Made by a program: the position numbers and the translations under genes
Shown here: one piece after another, positions 28,002 to 45,169 of the stretch
Layout: the number at the start of each line of letters is the position of its first letter
Position numbering within the stretch: position 1 is the first letter of the stretch
Notes under the pieces: model-generated
The model's database searches: none
What the model was told of the DNA's origin: nothing
What the model saw: the letters and a program-made list of their open reading frames with translations, nothing else
Source: Perkinsus olseni
Taxonomy: Eukaryota
DNA length: 64,000 nucleotides
Assembly (NCBI GenBank): GCA_013115125.1
Contig: JABANN010000019.1
Span: forward strand, 1-64,000
Direction of reading: 5' to 3'

Positions 28002-30025
28002 ATGCGGTCATCGCATTCCCGTGTCTTTGGGTCAGTTGCTACCATGGATGAGGCTCTGCAAGTGGCGCGTAACCGGCCCGACCCTGGCACCTGGGCTTCC
28101 CCACGTACATCGCGACCGACGTCAGCCGACGTCACATACAAGGCTGAGGAGCTGAGCCTGGAAGACTACGCCTTTGAGCTATCTGGTTTTGATTCCTCGA
28201 CCACCACTACTACTCATTTTGACACTGATATGTTTTCGGGAGGTGCACGCCATCCAGCAGTTGAAAGCCGCTTTTACTCGGAGCAGATACTGGACGCACC
28301 GGGTTCCTTGCGCACTCCTATGTCTGAGGAGGATCGTCGCAAAGCGGTTGAACAGATGATACCGACGGCGACGTACAAAATGCTCAGGAAGATCAGTCCT
28401 GAAATTCTAACAACCCCTGGGCTGTCGGGAGATGCTTTACGAATGCAGCTTCTAAAAGGAGCATGCATTGTCTTTTTTTCAGCCGGGTATCCGGGGAAGC
28501 GGTTTGTCTACGAAACTGCTGAACGTCTTGGTGTTAAATCTGTCATCATTGATTCACCCGGATCCTGGGCGGAGGCTCTTCTGGCCGAAGGTGTCATCGC
28601 CAAATTTGTCCCTATTGACATGACGCAAGACTCCAAGACCGTTTTTGATCTGGCTTATAACGCCATTCTTGGCCTGAAGGACGACCCCCTGGTTTGTGGC
28701 GCAGACGGTATCTGTACCATGGTGGAATTGTCGGTCCCAGTGGTCGCGCGCCTCGCCGAGTCTCTGGGTATGCGTGGGCCGAGCCCTGCAGCAGTGGACA
28801 CGGTACGAGACAAGTACAGGATGCGGGAGGCTCTCCAGAAGCGAGATCTTCCTGGGGTCAAGGTACGATCTGACGTTGTGGTGTGAGCGAAATGAAAATG
28901 CCTCTCTCGAGATCACTTTGATGCCGTGTCCCGTGCAGCGTACCGGGATTGTGTTCGCTGCCTCAGCATTACCTTATCCGCTCTGTCGAAGACCTCGATC
29001 ACGCTGCATCTCACGTTGGGTTCCCCGCAGTAATGAAACCCGTGTCCGGCGCAGCATCTCTTGGGGTGGAAAAGGTACGTCTCAGTCGACCGATCGTCCC
29101 GCAGGAGCGCTCCGCTCCTCGAATTCTTCCGCTGGTTGTTGTCAACATCCGGATCGTTGGATGCTTTGTTGTGGACAACTTCTCTCAGGTGACTTCTCGC
29201 GATGAGCTATTCAAAGTTTACGGTGAAGTGCAAGATCTGCTCTCTAAGTTAGTCATTAACTCGGGCGCTTTGGAGCGCGACAGTGTACCGGTTGGGCCCG
29301 GGGCCACATCGGTGAAGGCAGACAAATGCATGAATACATCGGTGGTGCTAGAAGAATATTTGGACGGTCAAGAGGTCGACATCGACATCGTTTTATCTCC
29401 TGGGCTCGGTTGCACCTACTGCGGAATACACGACAATGGTCCGACAATGGAACCCTACTTCGCTGAGACCTGGGGTGTATTGCCTAGCGCTCTCCCTGAC
29501 CAATACATCGACGAGCTGAAGCAACTGGCATTACAGTCACTAGAAGCCACTGGTTTCACTGAGGGAGTTTTTCACGTCGAAGGGAAGTACACAAGCCGAG
29601 GGCCTCGTTTGATAGAGATCAACGCGAGAATGGGCGGTGGTCCTGTATGGATAGTGCACAAGTTGGCATTCCAGGTTGACCTCGCGGTCCAGGCCATGCT
29701 CTTGTCAGTTGGAATCCCGGCGATTCCCATACATGATCCGAACTGTTCTAATGGTGCGGTGGCTTGGCTCGCCGTCAACGCACCGAAGAGCGGCCGTATT
29801 CCTGACTTCGCTTTCCTCAAGCAGTGGCTTGACTGGCCCCATGCGGACGTTAAGATTTCCCGTCCTATGGTCGCAGAAGGGGAGAAGATTGTCGGGCCAG
29901 AGGACGGTCAACCGAGCTGGCTCGTCGACATCATCTTTGTCGCCTCTAATCCGTCGGAAGCAACTCACCTTGCTGCGATGCTCTACCGTGAGGTGGAGCA
30001 AGAGTGTATCAAGCATTACGGTTGA
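28002..30025 (+). CDS. ATP-grasp amino-acid ligase, carnosine synthase 1-like (~600 aa; introns 28863-28966 and 29075-29188)
   Basis: SAGYPGKRFVYE, RDKYRMREAL, VGFPAVMKPVSGAASLGV, VLEEYLDGQEVDID, GVFHVEGKYTSRGPRLIEINARMGGG (ATP-grasp E-x-N-x-R). Confidence 0.9.
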
Positions 30026-30848
30026 TTGTCATCACTCATAATCGCGATCGCTCTTGTTTCGTTATCATTGTTAACTCTGACATAACTACTTCTTCCCTTG
30101 TTCGGTCTTGCATTAGTTTTGTCATAACTCTGGAGCATAGAAACTGCTTTCTTGACAGCTCAATAGTGCTTGCAGTTGATCAACATGATAGACAGCCATA
30201 CGCTGTACAGCCACAAAGCCACATAGCCATGCTAGCCATGCCATAATTGAGTCTCGGCAGAGTCAAACACCTCCTGAATTGGCCCGGCCTCATAAGCACT
30301 CGGCACCCTCTTCAACGCAGATGAGCTCGAGGAGCATTTGAAACGTTAAACCCTCACCGCAAGTTGGCCATCTAGCCCCGCGAGCCCTCCAAGTTTAGTT
30401 ACCAACTTGCAGCACAAGCCTTGCACACGATTACATCAAGCTGCCAATGATCCACTATGAATCTGTGCATACAAGTGTCTCGTTGAGCACTCCTGGAGTG
30501 CTGATAGTCTCGCTGTTCGATTTGAGGTGGCTGGTCCACATTCTTCAGGTCTGCTTGTCCTCATCCGCGATCAAATCTAGAGGGCCGCAAGAATAGGCTG
30601 ACAGATTGCGGTCCCTGTAGTGGACGTCCGGAGCACTAGGTGTGACAACTTATGATCGTGATATTGCACAACGCGTTCGCAAGTATTAGAAACCAGCATT
30701 CTCGACCACAATTGAGTCAACCGTGGAAAGGCTACGCGGACAAGTTGACACACAGTGGGGCAGTTTTCGTGAGGTTGTCACTAAATTTGGGCAGAAAAAC
30801 CGTTGAGATTTGAGCCGCGGCTCGTCGGTTATCCAGTGGCCTAGGTGA

Positions 30849-33147
30849 TCACTTGGGTTGCCTCAACAGGGCATTCCTGATGCATAAACATAACTCGTCG
30901 ACATGGGCGAATCTTGCCATAGGACTGCCGAAAGCTACTCTGATGATCGGAGTAGCATCGGCCAACATGGAAGGACAACTGAGTATACAAGCGTCTCTTT
31001 TTCAAAATATACTAGCAGGCTATTGTGCCAGTGCGGGACTGCAGTGAAGCATACAAGACCGAAGGGGCTGGCGACAGGAAAGATCACGAGACCCTGGGGA
31101 ACACAGCGTTCATGATGGAAGGCATCGCCGGCTGCCTGCACTCATCTGGCTCGGTAGTGATCGATACGCCCAGCTACCTATAGCGGCTCGTAATGGCTGC
31201 CTCACCTTGAGTTCTTCATCCTTCTCAAGATTCGTGCGAAACCGAGCCGCACATTCTATATCGTGTGCTATATTCCGTCGAAGCGGGTCTCTCACAATCT
31301 TCCCAGTTCTTCCAGCGGATCTATGGTGCAAGTGTTCGTAGTCCCGCAGTTGGCAATGCAGAGGATGGGAACAAGTCCTCACTTTCTGAGGCGGGAGACG
31401 GGGAGACCCTTCCAGAGGAGTCCACGCATGCCTGTCTTCCGCTATAGCCTTCTCCATGAGGGCGACGTTTACTGGAAAGTTACCCGTTCCGTCCGGCGAA
31501 CAAGCTATCTGAGTGGCGCCTCGTCACCTCCTCTATGATGACAGATGATGCAGCAAATCACGAAGCGAGAAAGCGCTCGATGCACTGCATGTTCACCTTG
31601 CGTAGTCGAACTCCAGCCACGCGGCAAGCCTTTCCAGAAGACACGTTCGTCTGGCTCGACGCGTACCTATCGGGTCAGCGGGAAGATCTACGTAAGCAGC
31701 ACTAAGCTGGCAAGGGGATGTGCTCGTATTTCCGCCCCTGTGAACGGGAAAAATGTAGTTGAAAAGGAACTAGCGGTCAGGGAGCTCCTGAAGAGTTAGT
31801 ACACGACAAATCGTGAGGTCACTCCATTCAAAAGCTCGGAGGTCGGATTCGATAGTACCTGAAGAAGAACACCATGGAAGCCACATCCCGCTGCCTAGAA
31901 CAGGTCGGTCGAGTACATCACAACAAACGGCAGGTTTCACGCATGGGACTGGGTCTGCGATAATTCATCTTGCCGTGCCCGTCAATGCGACCTTCAGTTG
32001 CGCCGAAGTCCTAGTCGCTGCCACGATAGCTAGAATAGCATCACTAGCTGTGTTATGTATCTGCCAACAACACATTGTTGAATAGTGGAGCTCGTTTCAT
32101 CTGAGTAGCAAATGGTTGGAAAGACATCGGTGACTCACTAGGCCGCCGCCTCTTCCCGACGAATGTAGGAACGCCTCCCCGAGGCCGAAAGCTTCGCCAA
32201 GGGCGTCCATCACGGCAATTTCCATCACGTGTTCGATCTACTCCGAAAGTGATCAGGTCACCGAAGGCTCATCGCGTGCTCACTGAGTGATCACTGTTCT
32301 GGTCCGCGCTAGCGCGATTAAGGGCTGCTGCGATAACTTCAGAAAATATGGCAGGGGTGCCTGGCACGGAGCACCGTCTCCTCGCCATCAGAGTTTTCTG
32401 GAAAGAAGACTAAGCTCCCAACATGTGCTCTACGGAGAGCTACACCAGGCGGTTACAAGACAGTTGTAGAATGGGTATCTCAACGTACTTATCTTAGCTG
32501 GGAAGAATGCCAAGAACTTCGGATGCTGCCAGTGGCAAATTCCCGGTACCACGAATTCTTCCACGTCCTGCAGGGTCGTTCTCCAGGGACGCCCTTCGGC
32601 AGGTATTATATCTGTAACGATCTGTATTGGATCTGTAGTGTTGCCGAAGCGCACAAAGGTTTAGTCGGCAAGGACATGCTGCACGCCATCGCAACGAGGC
32701 CATTCTCCTATCGGGCAGCGCTACCAACGAGAACCAATTCAACATGGCATAACCACCTCAGATGAATCCCGCAGGATACCACGTTCTACAACGCCTAGGC
32801 GACAATCGGGAATCTCGAACGGAACCCATAAAGAATGGCATTCGATGCATTCACTGCGTGAAATTCTCAGGAGGAAGAATAACCGACCTGTGTGGCACAG
32901 CTTCCCGGTTTCAGACTCATGTCCCGGACTGCCAAACCCTCCAGAGACTCGAAATACCTAGGAGTTCAGAAGAATCTGCTGAGCACGATATGACGCCCAA
33001 AATCTTGACTAGTAGTATGCGATATGAAAATTGTCCATCCGAGAGAAGTCCTGAGAGGTCATTCGCCAGCGCTACCGGGCTATGAAGTCTATCGTAAGAC
33101 GTCCGTCCTCTGCGAAGCTTGAATGACGCTCTCCAGCAGATGCAGGC
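30849..33147 (-). pseudogene. Second group-II PLP decarboxylase (AADC/HDC-like) domain, disrupted; apparently the C-terminal half of a tandem fusion
   Basis: FAEDGRLTIDFIARYFE, VPGICHWQHPKFLAFFPAK, MEIAVMDALG, SQTNVSSGKA, IANCGTTNTCTIDPL, FGLVCF and IIRVAFGS. Lesions: in-frame TGA at 31379-31381, missing HVDAAY/NPHKW segment (junction ~31284-31292) and a frameshift at ~30998-31008. Confidence 0.75.
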
Positions 33148-36100
33148 CTGCGAGGGCAGGGCTTCGGTCATCATATGCAGGTTTATTCTACTTCTGCTCA
33201 TCTGACACAGCGTGTTGGGGCTGCGACCATGTTTCGTCCATGAAAGCCTGATGGACCTGTCGCCCACGGTGGCTACCAACGTAGCGTCTGCAGAATTCAA
33301 CAACACTCCCTTGGGATGCACTCAGTGCATCGCACTGCTGATAGAAATCGAGAACAACTTACGCGGTGATCCCCCGCTCTCTGAGCCTGTCGAGTGCCGC
33401 CGCAGGGAGAATACTTCCAGAGGTGAAACACAGATTGCCGAAACGAGCTGGCCACACGGGAAAGGCGAGGTCATCCTGAGATATCTGAGCGATCCCAACC
33501 TCACACTCTCCCCGTGCTCGTTCCGTGCGGGCGAGGAATGGAAGCTCTGCACACAGCAACATTTGTGCTACGGAGCTTGAGCGTTACTCACCTCATTTTC
33601 TCACCCGCGCCAGCTCACATTCAACTGAGGGTCGGTCTCGATGAGCCTGCGAATGACCCCTGTAGAAGCTATCCTCCGCTGCACGTTCCGCCTCAACTCA
33701 TTCATCCCGAAGTACTGCAGGACACTCCACACGCGCAAAGATCGGAACTGCCGTCCTAGTGGGAGACTCCTGAGCCACCGTACCGCAGTACTCCGAGAGA
33801 GCAATTCTGAGATTCTGGAACCAGTGATACCATGCGCTAGGAGATGGGGCGTCATTAAGTTCCTCTTCTTGTGGTATGTAAGCGCCCGTAGCAGAGAAAG
33901 CGGACTTCATGCAGTCTTTCCTGGGAGTGGTCTCAGCCACGAGGGAGGTCTTAGCCATTCGTGCTCACCTTTAGCCATAAAGCTCCATCTCCAGTCCTGT
34001 GGGAAGCCATGACGATCCGCTAAGGTTAATTGAGTCTGCGTACTGAAAGAGCGAGACTTCTGGCCATGGTAAAAGCACAACTTTCTCTCATTCAAAGGAC
34101 GGTCCTCTGAGGGCCCCACATAAGATCAACAAAGAAGCAGACTCTCGCCGCCTAGGCTAATATTTGCTCTACACCTACTGAGAAAATCGGGCTGAGAACT
34201 TGACACGGTGGTCATACTAGCATGAGCAAAGTGAGATCAATTCATGCCGCACCTCGTTCATCTCCCCACGATCGCGCTCGTACTCGTCGAGGAGCAAGGT
34301 ACCAGCGCTGAAGGACGCATCAACATGCAGCCACATACCCTCCTTCTGGCAACTGAGCAACTGTCATCACGGTCAAACCTCGACTGTCACCATTGCATGC
34401 GTAACCGAACCCACATTTGGCCGAGTTCCGCCAAACTGTCAGACCCTCCTGCATATTCCGTACCAAGGTTCGCTACGCAGAGGACTGGGAGGCAGGACTG
34501 ATTCCTGGAGAAGAGGAAAATCGCAGCAAAGGTAGCCATCGAGCTGAAGCCTACTTGTGTTCCTTGATCATTTCCTGCAGATCTCGTATGTTCGACGAGG
34601 AATCCGATTTTACAGGAACCTGCAAGTGCCCGTTTAGCGAGAAGGAAGCATGCAGTGCCCTCCGATCTCACCTCTCTGAGTGTTATGCCTGCTGTCGCGC
34701 ATGCCTCCTTCAAAGCGAGCTGCGACTCCGTAGAATCATAGCTGAAAGCAGGCCGGAGCTCACCGGCGCATAGTTGAAGTCGGAGTCCAGCAACGGCCCG
34801 TGTGGAGCTAACCCACTAACAGTACTTACACGGTCATCATGGCAAGGCCTTCGAAGGAGATATCTTCGGATCTTCCTATGCCGGAGCCGTTCTAACCCCA
34901 CCCGGGTTACCCAGTGGGCGCATCTCTCGTGACGCTCACCTCCACCGGTATTACAGCCAGTTCGTTCGATTTCACCACGATTGGCACTCGTTTACGAGCT
35001 CTGGCAGCTGTCACAATGGAGAGCAGGGCGTCCGTGGCCGAGCTATGCATCTGAAGGCCAGAAGGCAGTAGAAGAATCGCTCCAGGAGGGCTTTGATGGG
35101 GAGGACGGCCGCAGATGAGCGTTCGACAGAACGAAACTTTAGGATTCCACCACCCTTCCCTGATGAACGTAAGAAGTGTTCGCTGAAGCCACAGACACCT
35201 GCTAGGCCATCCATCATCACGACTTCCATCTCGGTGAGGATCTGCTCATAACACACCGCCATTCATAAAGACCGTTACCATGAAACACGAGGAGAGACGA
35301 AGGAATAGGATAGGATAGTCTAGTGGTTCGCAGACCGCTCTACGCACTAGAGGGCCTATAACAGGACAATCTAAGCAGGACAATCGGCAGAATACCGGAA
35401 GGCTAATGAGCAAAGCAGCTCACTGCTTTGACTCGGATAGCTGGGAATGCCTCAAATATTATCATGGGTGTGCGCTCACACACGTCATCACCTTGACGAC
35501 ATCGTGCCTAGCAAGCAACGACTTACTGGACAAGATGCCCATTGCACACCCGCAGCGGACATACCATACACCAGAGCTTCAGATAGAATTGCAGGCACAC
35601 CTGAGAGACCAAGTGCCTACGTCGTAACCTGAAGACGAGGGAGTCCTCACTCGCCTGTCGAGCGTTCCACGGGTCCGGTGGCCTCATTTTCTCGGCACGA
35701 AGGCAGGGCAAAATACTTGTCTCTATAGCAGCGGTTATTTGAGACCACGCTCGCCCATTACAGGGAAGTATACCTGCATACAGAAGATAGCATTCAGGTG
35801 GAAGGCGTCACAGTGAGAAGTCACCCGACGCTTTCAGGCCCCCGATCGCTTCATCGGCAATTATACAACCCTCGCTGGAATACCGCGCTGATTGGTCGAG
35901 GAACCTGCCGAGTAAGCCCTAATTAAAGGTGGGACGCAGTACCGGACGAACAGGAGTTCCTCACCTTGCATACCTGTCTACGAAATCAACAGTGTCATTT
36001 CCGCAAGTCCTTATTTCTCGCACGTCGACCAACTGGCGCCTCATTTCGCTCGTCGCTCTCAGTAGGCAGGCGTCTTCCGAGATCCGCCTGGTTACTTACT

Positions 36101-36593
36101 AGCGTATTTGTCAATGAAATCGTCAATATTGAGAGGCGAGCGGAACTCTCGGACCCATCGGAAGCCGTTGGGGAGTTTCAAAAATCTTAATATATCCACA
36201 CGCTCAGTGTCTGGAAGATGTCGTGCAACATCCAGGACAACGAAAGATATTGTTATGATTTCCAACAGCTCTTCTCTCGGCGCTCGCGCTGCACAAGCGT
36301 CCTTCTCCACAGGTCCTTGCAGACACTCTGGTCATGCTGGCCACGGCTTACGGCATTGAGAAGAAGATGACCGATTTCCAAGCGTGATACTACCCGGCGG
36401 GTAGTACCCGCCTGGGAGTTGGAAAGAAGAGTGATGGTGGAGTGTTCTGACAATATCATTATCCTTGATCGCTCGTGAGGAAACTTGAGGTACCCATTGG
36501 CTGAATCTCCTTTAGGTATGTTACATCACATGCTGAGTCCCGAATGGTCGTCCGTTGCACTTCGGCAAGTTACCCAATGAGACTGATGAACAT
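33148..36593 (-). CDS. First, degenerate group-II PLP decarboxylase domain (PLP Lys absent), N-terminal half of an apparent fusion
   Basis: CGNDTVDFVD, VQWASCP|ILTEMEVVMMDGLA, LRSSGKGGGIL, CVANLGT, WLHVDASF, YADSINLSGSSW, LPLGRQFRSLRVW and FGNLCF. There is an apparent frameshift at ~33990. The start at 36593 was inferred by splicing. Confidence 0.7.
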
Positions 36594-36699
36594 TACACGA
36601 CATGTATTCATCAGTAAGCACGATCATGAGGCATGCAGCAAAAAATGTGAAACAATCTGACGACTTGATATTCGATATCTTATTCACATCAGTGAAGCA

Positions 36700-38931
36700 T
36701 CAAGCAGCGATTGCTTTCAAACCGTCCTCAATCACGTTATCGACAAGGCTAACCGTGCTGCACAAAGCCTTCTTTAATGTAGCACAGACATGCCGAACGT
36801 CTCTCTCCGTGAGATTGTGACTGCTAGGCAGGCACAAGATCTTCTCGTAGAGCAGCTCCGCCACGGGGCATGGTAGACTGGTGCCTCCCTGAAATGGCTT
36901 CATCATCCCCAGAGGAAAGAAGCCCGGCCGAATTTCGATCTCAGGTGCCATTCGCATAAGCTCCATACCGACAGTCTCGCCCCGCAGGCCGTCAACTCGC
37001 AGAAATACCGCATTCAGCCACCACACAGGCTCATCAGTGGGCTCGAAGTTCTGCAGCTGTATCATGTCGGACTTGATAAGGTCGCCAAGGTGCTCCTCAT
37101 ACCATGCATGGATTGCCCTTTTCCTGCTTATCATGACGGGCAACATCTCCGCCGCCGCCACACCGACTGCCCCGAGCAGTTCGGGCATTCTAAAGTTCTG
37201 TCCGACACTTTCGTGGTCGTAGACATGCCACAGTCCCTGACCTACGCAGGGAGCTCGCGAGCACCACCATCTTGCAGCAGCGATGAGGTCCGCGTTATCA
37301 GAAACGATCGCTCCGCCCTCACCTACCCCCACCATCTTCTCTGACCTCGTAGAGATAACAGAAATGGTTCCTAGCGCACCCAGTCGCACACGCGAGCCCG
37401 ACTCGTCAACAACGGTCGCCCCGTAGCTCTCACAATTGTCCTCACATAACCATATAGAACGCTCCCTGCACAGCTTGACTAGTTTGAGATAATCACGTGC
37501 CGGAACCCCGTAGCATGGGGCTACGATGATCCCGATAATTCTCGGACCATGGACTGGATGTTCCAGGGCCTCAACAGCAGCGTCGTAGCTTAGTGCGTAG
37601 CTATCACGCTCAACATCGCAGATCAAAGGAGTTCCCCCTGCGTGGACCACAGCGTCCGCGCATGCCGCGCAAGTGTATGCCGGACAAATAACGAAATGGC
37701 TAGGCTTGCTTACTCCCAGGGCTTTCATCGCCCCATAAAGGGCTGCTGTTCCGCTCTGCACCGCGCATGCTGCACGCCCTCCACAGATACTAGCGATCCT
37801 CCGCTCGAATTTTTTCACCCAGGGGCCCTCAACCCCAATCCAGCCTGACTTCAGCGCCCTCGCCAAATACAGACCGGCGTTCGGGCCAATAAAAGGTTCG
37901 TTCATTCTCAGCTTCTTCGGCATGCTGCCCGATACAGCACTGCCCGGAATAGCATCCGAAGCGACTTCAACTCGGGGAATATCGTCCAAACACCCGCCCT
38001 CGCTCGAGCCATCCATTTTAACAATAGAGCCACCCACGTTGCTATAGAAATGCGTATCAGCAGCGAAGCCCCGTGACACGTCCGCTTTCTTGCTGGGCGA
38101 TGACTGGTAGAATCCCTTCCCCTCCTGTACTGCTTCAGTGATGCGACGAAGTTGGCCAATTTCGTCCACGAGGAAGTCACAGCCCTCGGAGCCTACAGTC
38201 CTTACTGCTATTGCCTCGCATCGAGGAGGAAAGCTCATTCCGCGAAAGTGAGCAGATGCCTTAGCCCGATCCGACTCGACTGAAACCTCGAGCGGGCCGA
38301 AGTTCGCGACTGGAGCGGCTTGCTTGTGGTTCTCAGCCCGCGGTTTCAGCACTGGTACGATACAACTCGCAGCAATTTTCTGGCAAGCCTTGAGCATCTT
38401 GAAGCGCAGAGTTAAAGCCGTATCAGACGATGCAATTACAGCGATCTCTTCAGAGGTCAGTCTTGTGTTCCCATCGACGAGCTCCACGCCAACCCTCTCA
38501 CGACCCGCAGTTATCACGCCATACTCCGGCCAGGGTTCGCTATCCATCACTGCTTCAGCATAACGCAGTTCCCAAGTGCGATATGCGCTGAGGGAACCCT
38601 CTGGGTAGGAGGAAAGTGCGGGTACTACCAAGACGAGCTCCGGGTTGAAAGCAGTGATAGCGGCAACCAGTACGTTCTCGTCGTCGGTTCTCAGCACCGT
38701 GCAGCCATATTCCCCAGTACTTACCGCAGGCGATGCCTCAGAAGGATAGCACGCAAGCAAAACGCTGCAGCCAGTCTGGAGCACTTCCTCGAGTACCCCT
38801 TCGACGCCATTTGATTGGACGATAATGGCCAGTCTCTCAACAAGACGCTCTACTCCAAAAGGAAGGACCATCGCAGAATGCTCCCGCGACATCGAAAAGA
38901 CGGAGCGAAGTTCCCACTGAACCCACGTCAT
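36700..38931 (-). CDS. Intronless fusion of a degenerate formyltransferase-like domain and a DegT/DnrJ/StrS (perosamine synthase-like) sugar aminotransferase, 743 aa
   Basis: C-terminal ~400 aa: SGWIGVEGPWVKKFE, QSGTAALY, EDNCESYGA, SEKMVGVGEGGAI (PLP Lys), GQNFRM, IEIRPGFFPL and LCLPSS. The N-terminal part has formyltransferase-like remnants. Confidence 0.85.
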   Translation of the reverse strand: MTWVQWELRSVFSMSREHSAMVLPFGVERLVERLAIIVQSNGVEGVLEEVLQTGCSVLLACYPSEASPAVSTGEYGCTVLRTDDENVLVAAITAFNPELVLVVPALSSYPEGSLSAYRTWELRYAEAVMDSEPWPEYGVITAGRERVGVELVDGNTRLTSEEIAVIASSDTALTLRFKMLKACQKIAASCIVPVLKPRAENHKQAAPVANFGPLEVSVESDRAKASAHFRGMSFPPRCEAIAVRTVGSEGCDFLVDEIGQLRRITEAVQEGKGFYQSSPSKKADVSRGFAADTHFYSNVGGSIVKMDGSSEGGCLDDIPRVEVASDAIPGSAVSGSMPKKLRMNEPFIGPNAGLYLARALKSGWIGVEGPWVKKFERRIASICGGRAACAVQSGTAALYGAMKALGVSKPSHFVICPAYTCAACADAVVHAGGTPLICDVERDSYALSYDAAVEALEHPVHGPRIIGIIVAPCYGVPARDYLKLVKLCRERSIWLCEDNCESYGATVVDESGSRVRLGALGTISVISTRSEKMVGVGEGGAIVSDNADLIAAARWWCSRAPCVGQGLWHVYDHESVGQNFRMPELLGAVGVAAAEMLPVMISRKRAIHAWYEEHLGDLIKSDMIQLQNFEPTDEPVWWLNAVFLRVDGLRGETVGMELMRMAPEIEIRPGFFPLGMMKPFQGGTSLPCPVAELLYEKILCLPSSHNLTERDVRHVCATLKKALCSTVSLVDNVIEDGLKAIAA

Positions 38932-39013
38932 ATGGCATTAACAACGCAGAGCTCAGCGTGGGCTAGATAACACCACAATGACTCCGTGAAAGTACATGAC
39001 CGCTCCCAACTGT

Positions 39014-44986
<5,973 letters not shown>

Positions 44987-45169
44987 GGGAGAGATAATCG
45001 AAGCCTGAACTAAAGCACAATCGTCAGCCTGAAAACCTAGATACCACCTCGGCTGATCCCTGGTGTGCTCTGATACGCATCCAACGAGCGAAGAAATGGC
45101 CTTGAGGTACACGATGAACCGCGGAACCAAGTCTGAAAGCCTAAATTCTCACGGGAGTTTGAACGAATC

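Noticed and set aside
29075-29188. Extra 38 aa within the ATP-grasp ORF
   Set aside because: It is bounded by GT...AG and is a stop-free in-frame intron rather than a protein insertion.
31379-31381. In-frame TGA read as selenocysteine or programmed readthrough
   Set aside because: The position is not a conserved Cys and the same gene has frameshifts and a deletion, so a nonsense mutation is more parsimonious.
36388-36415. GC-rich palindrome GGCGGGTA-G-TACCCGCC
   Set aside because: It lies inside an inferred coding exon, has a 1-nt loop and no terminator-like context.
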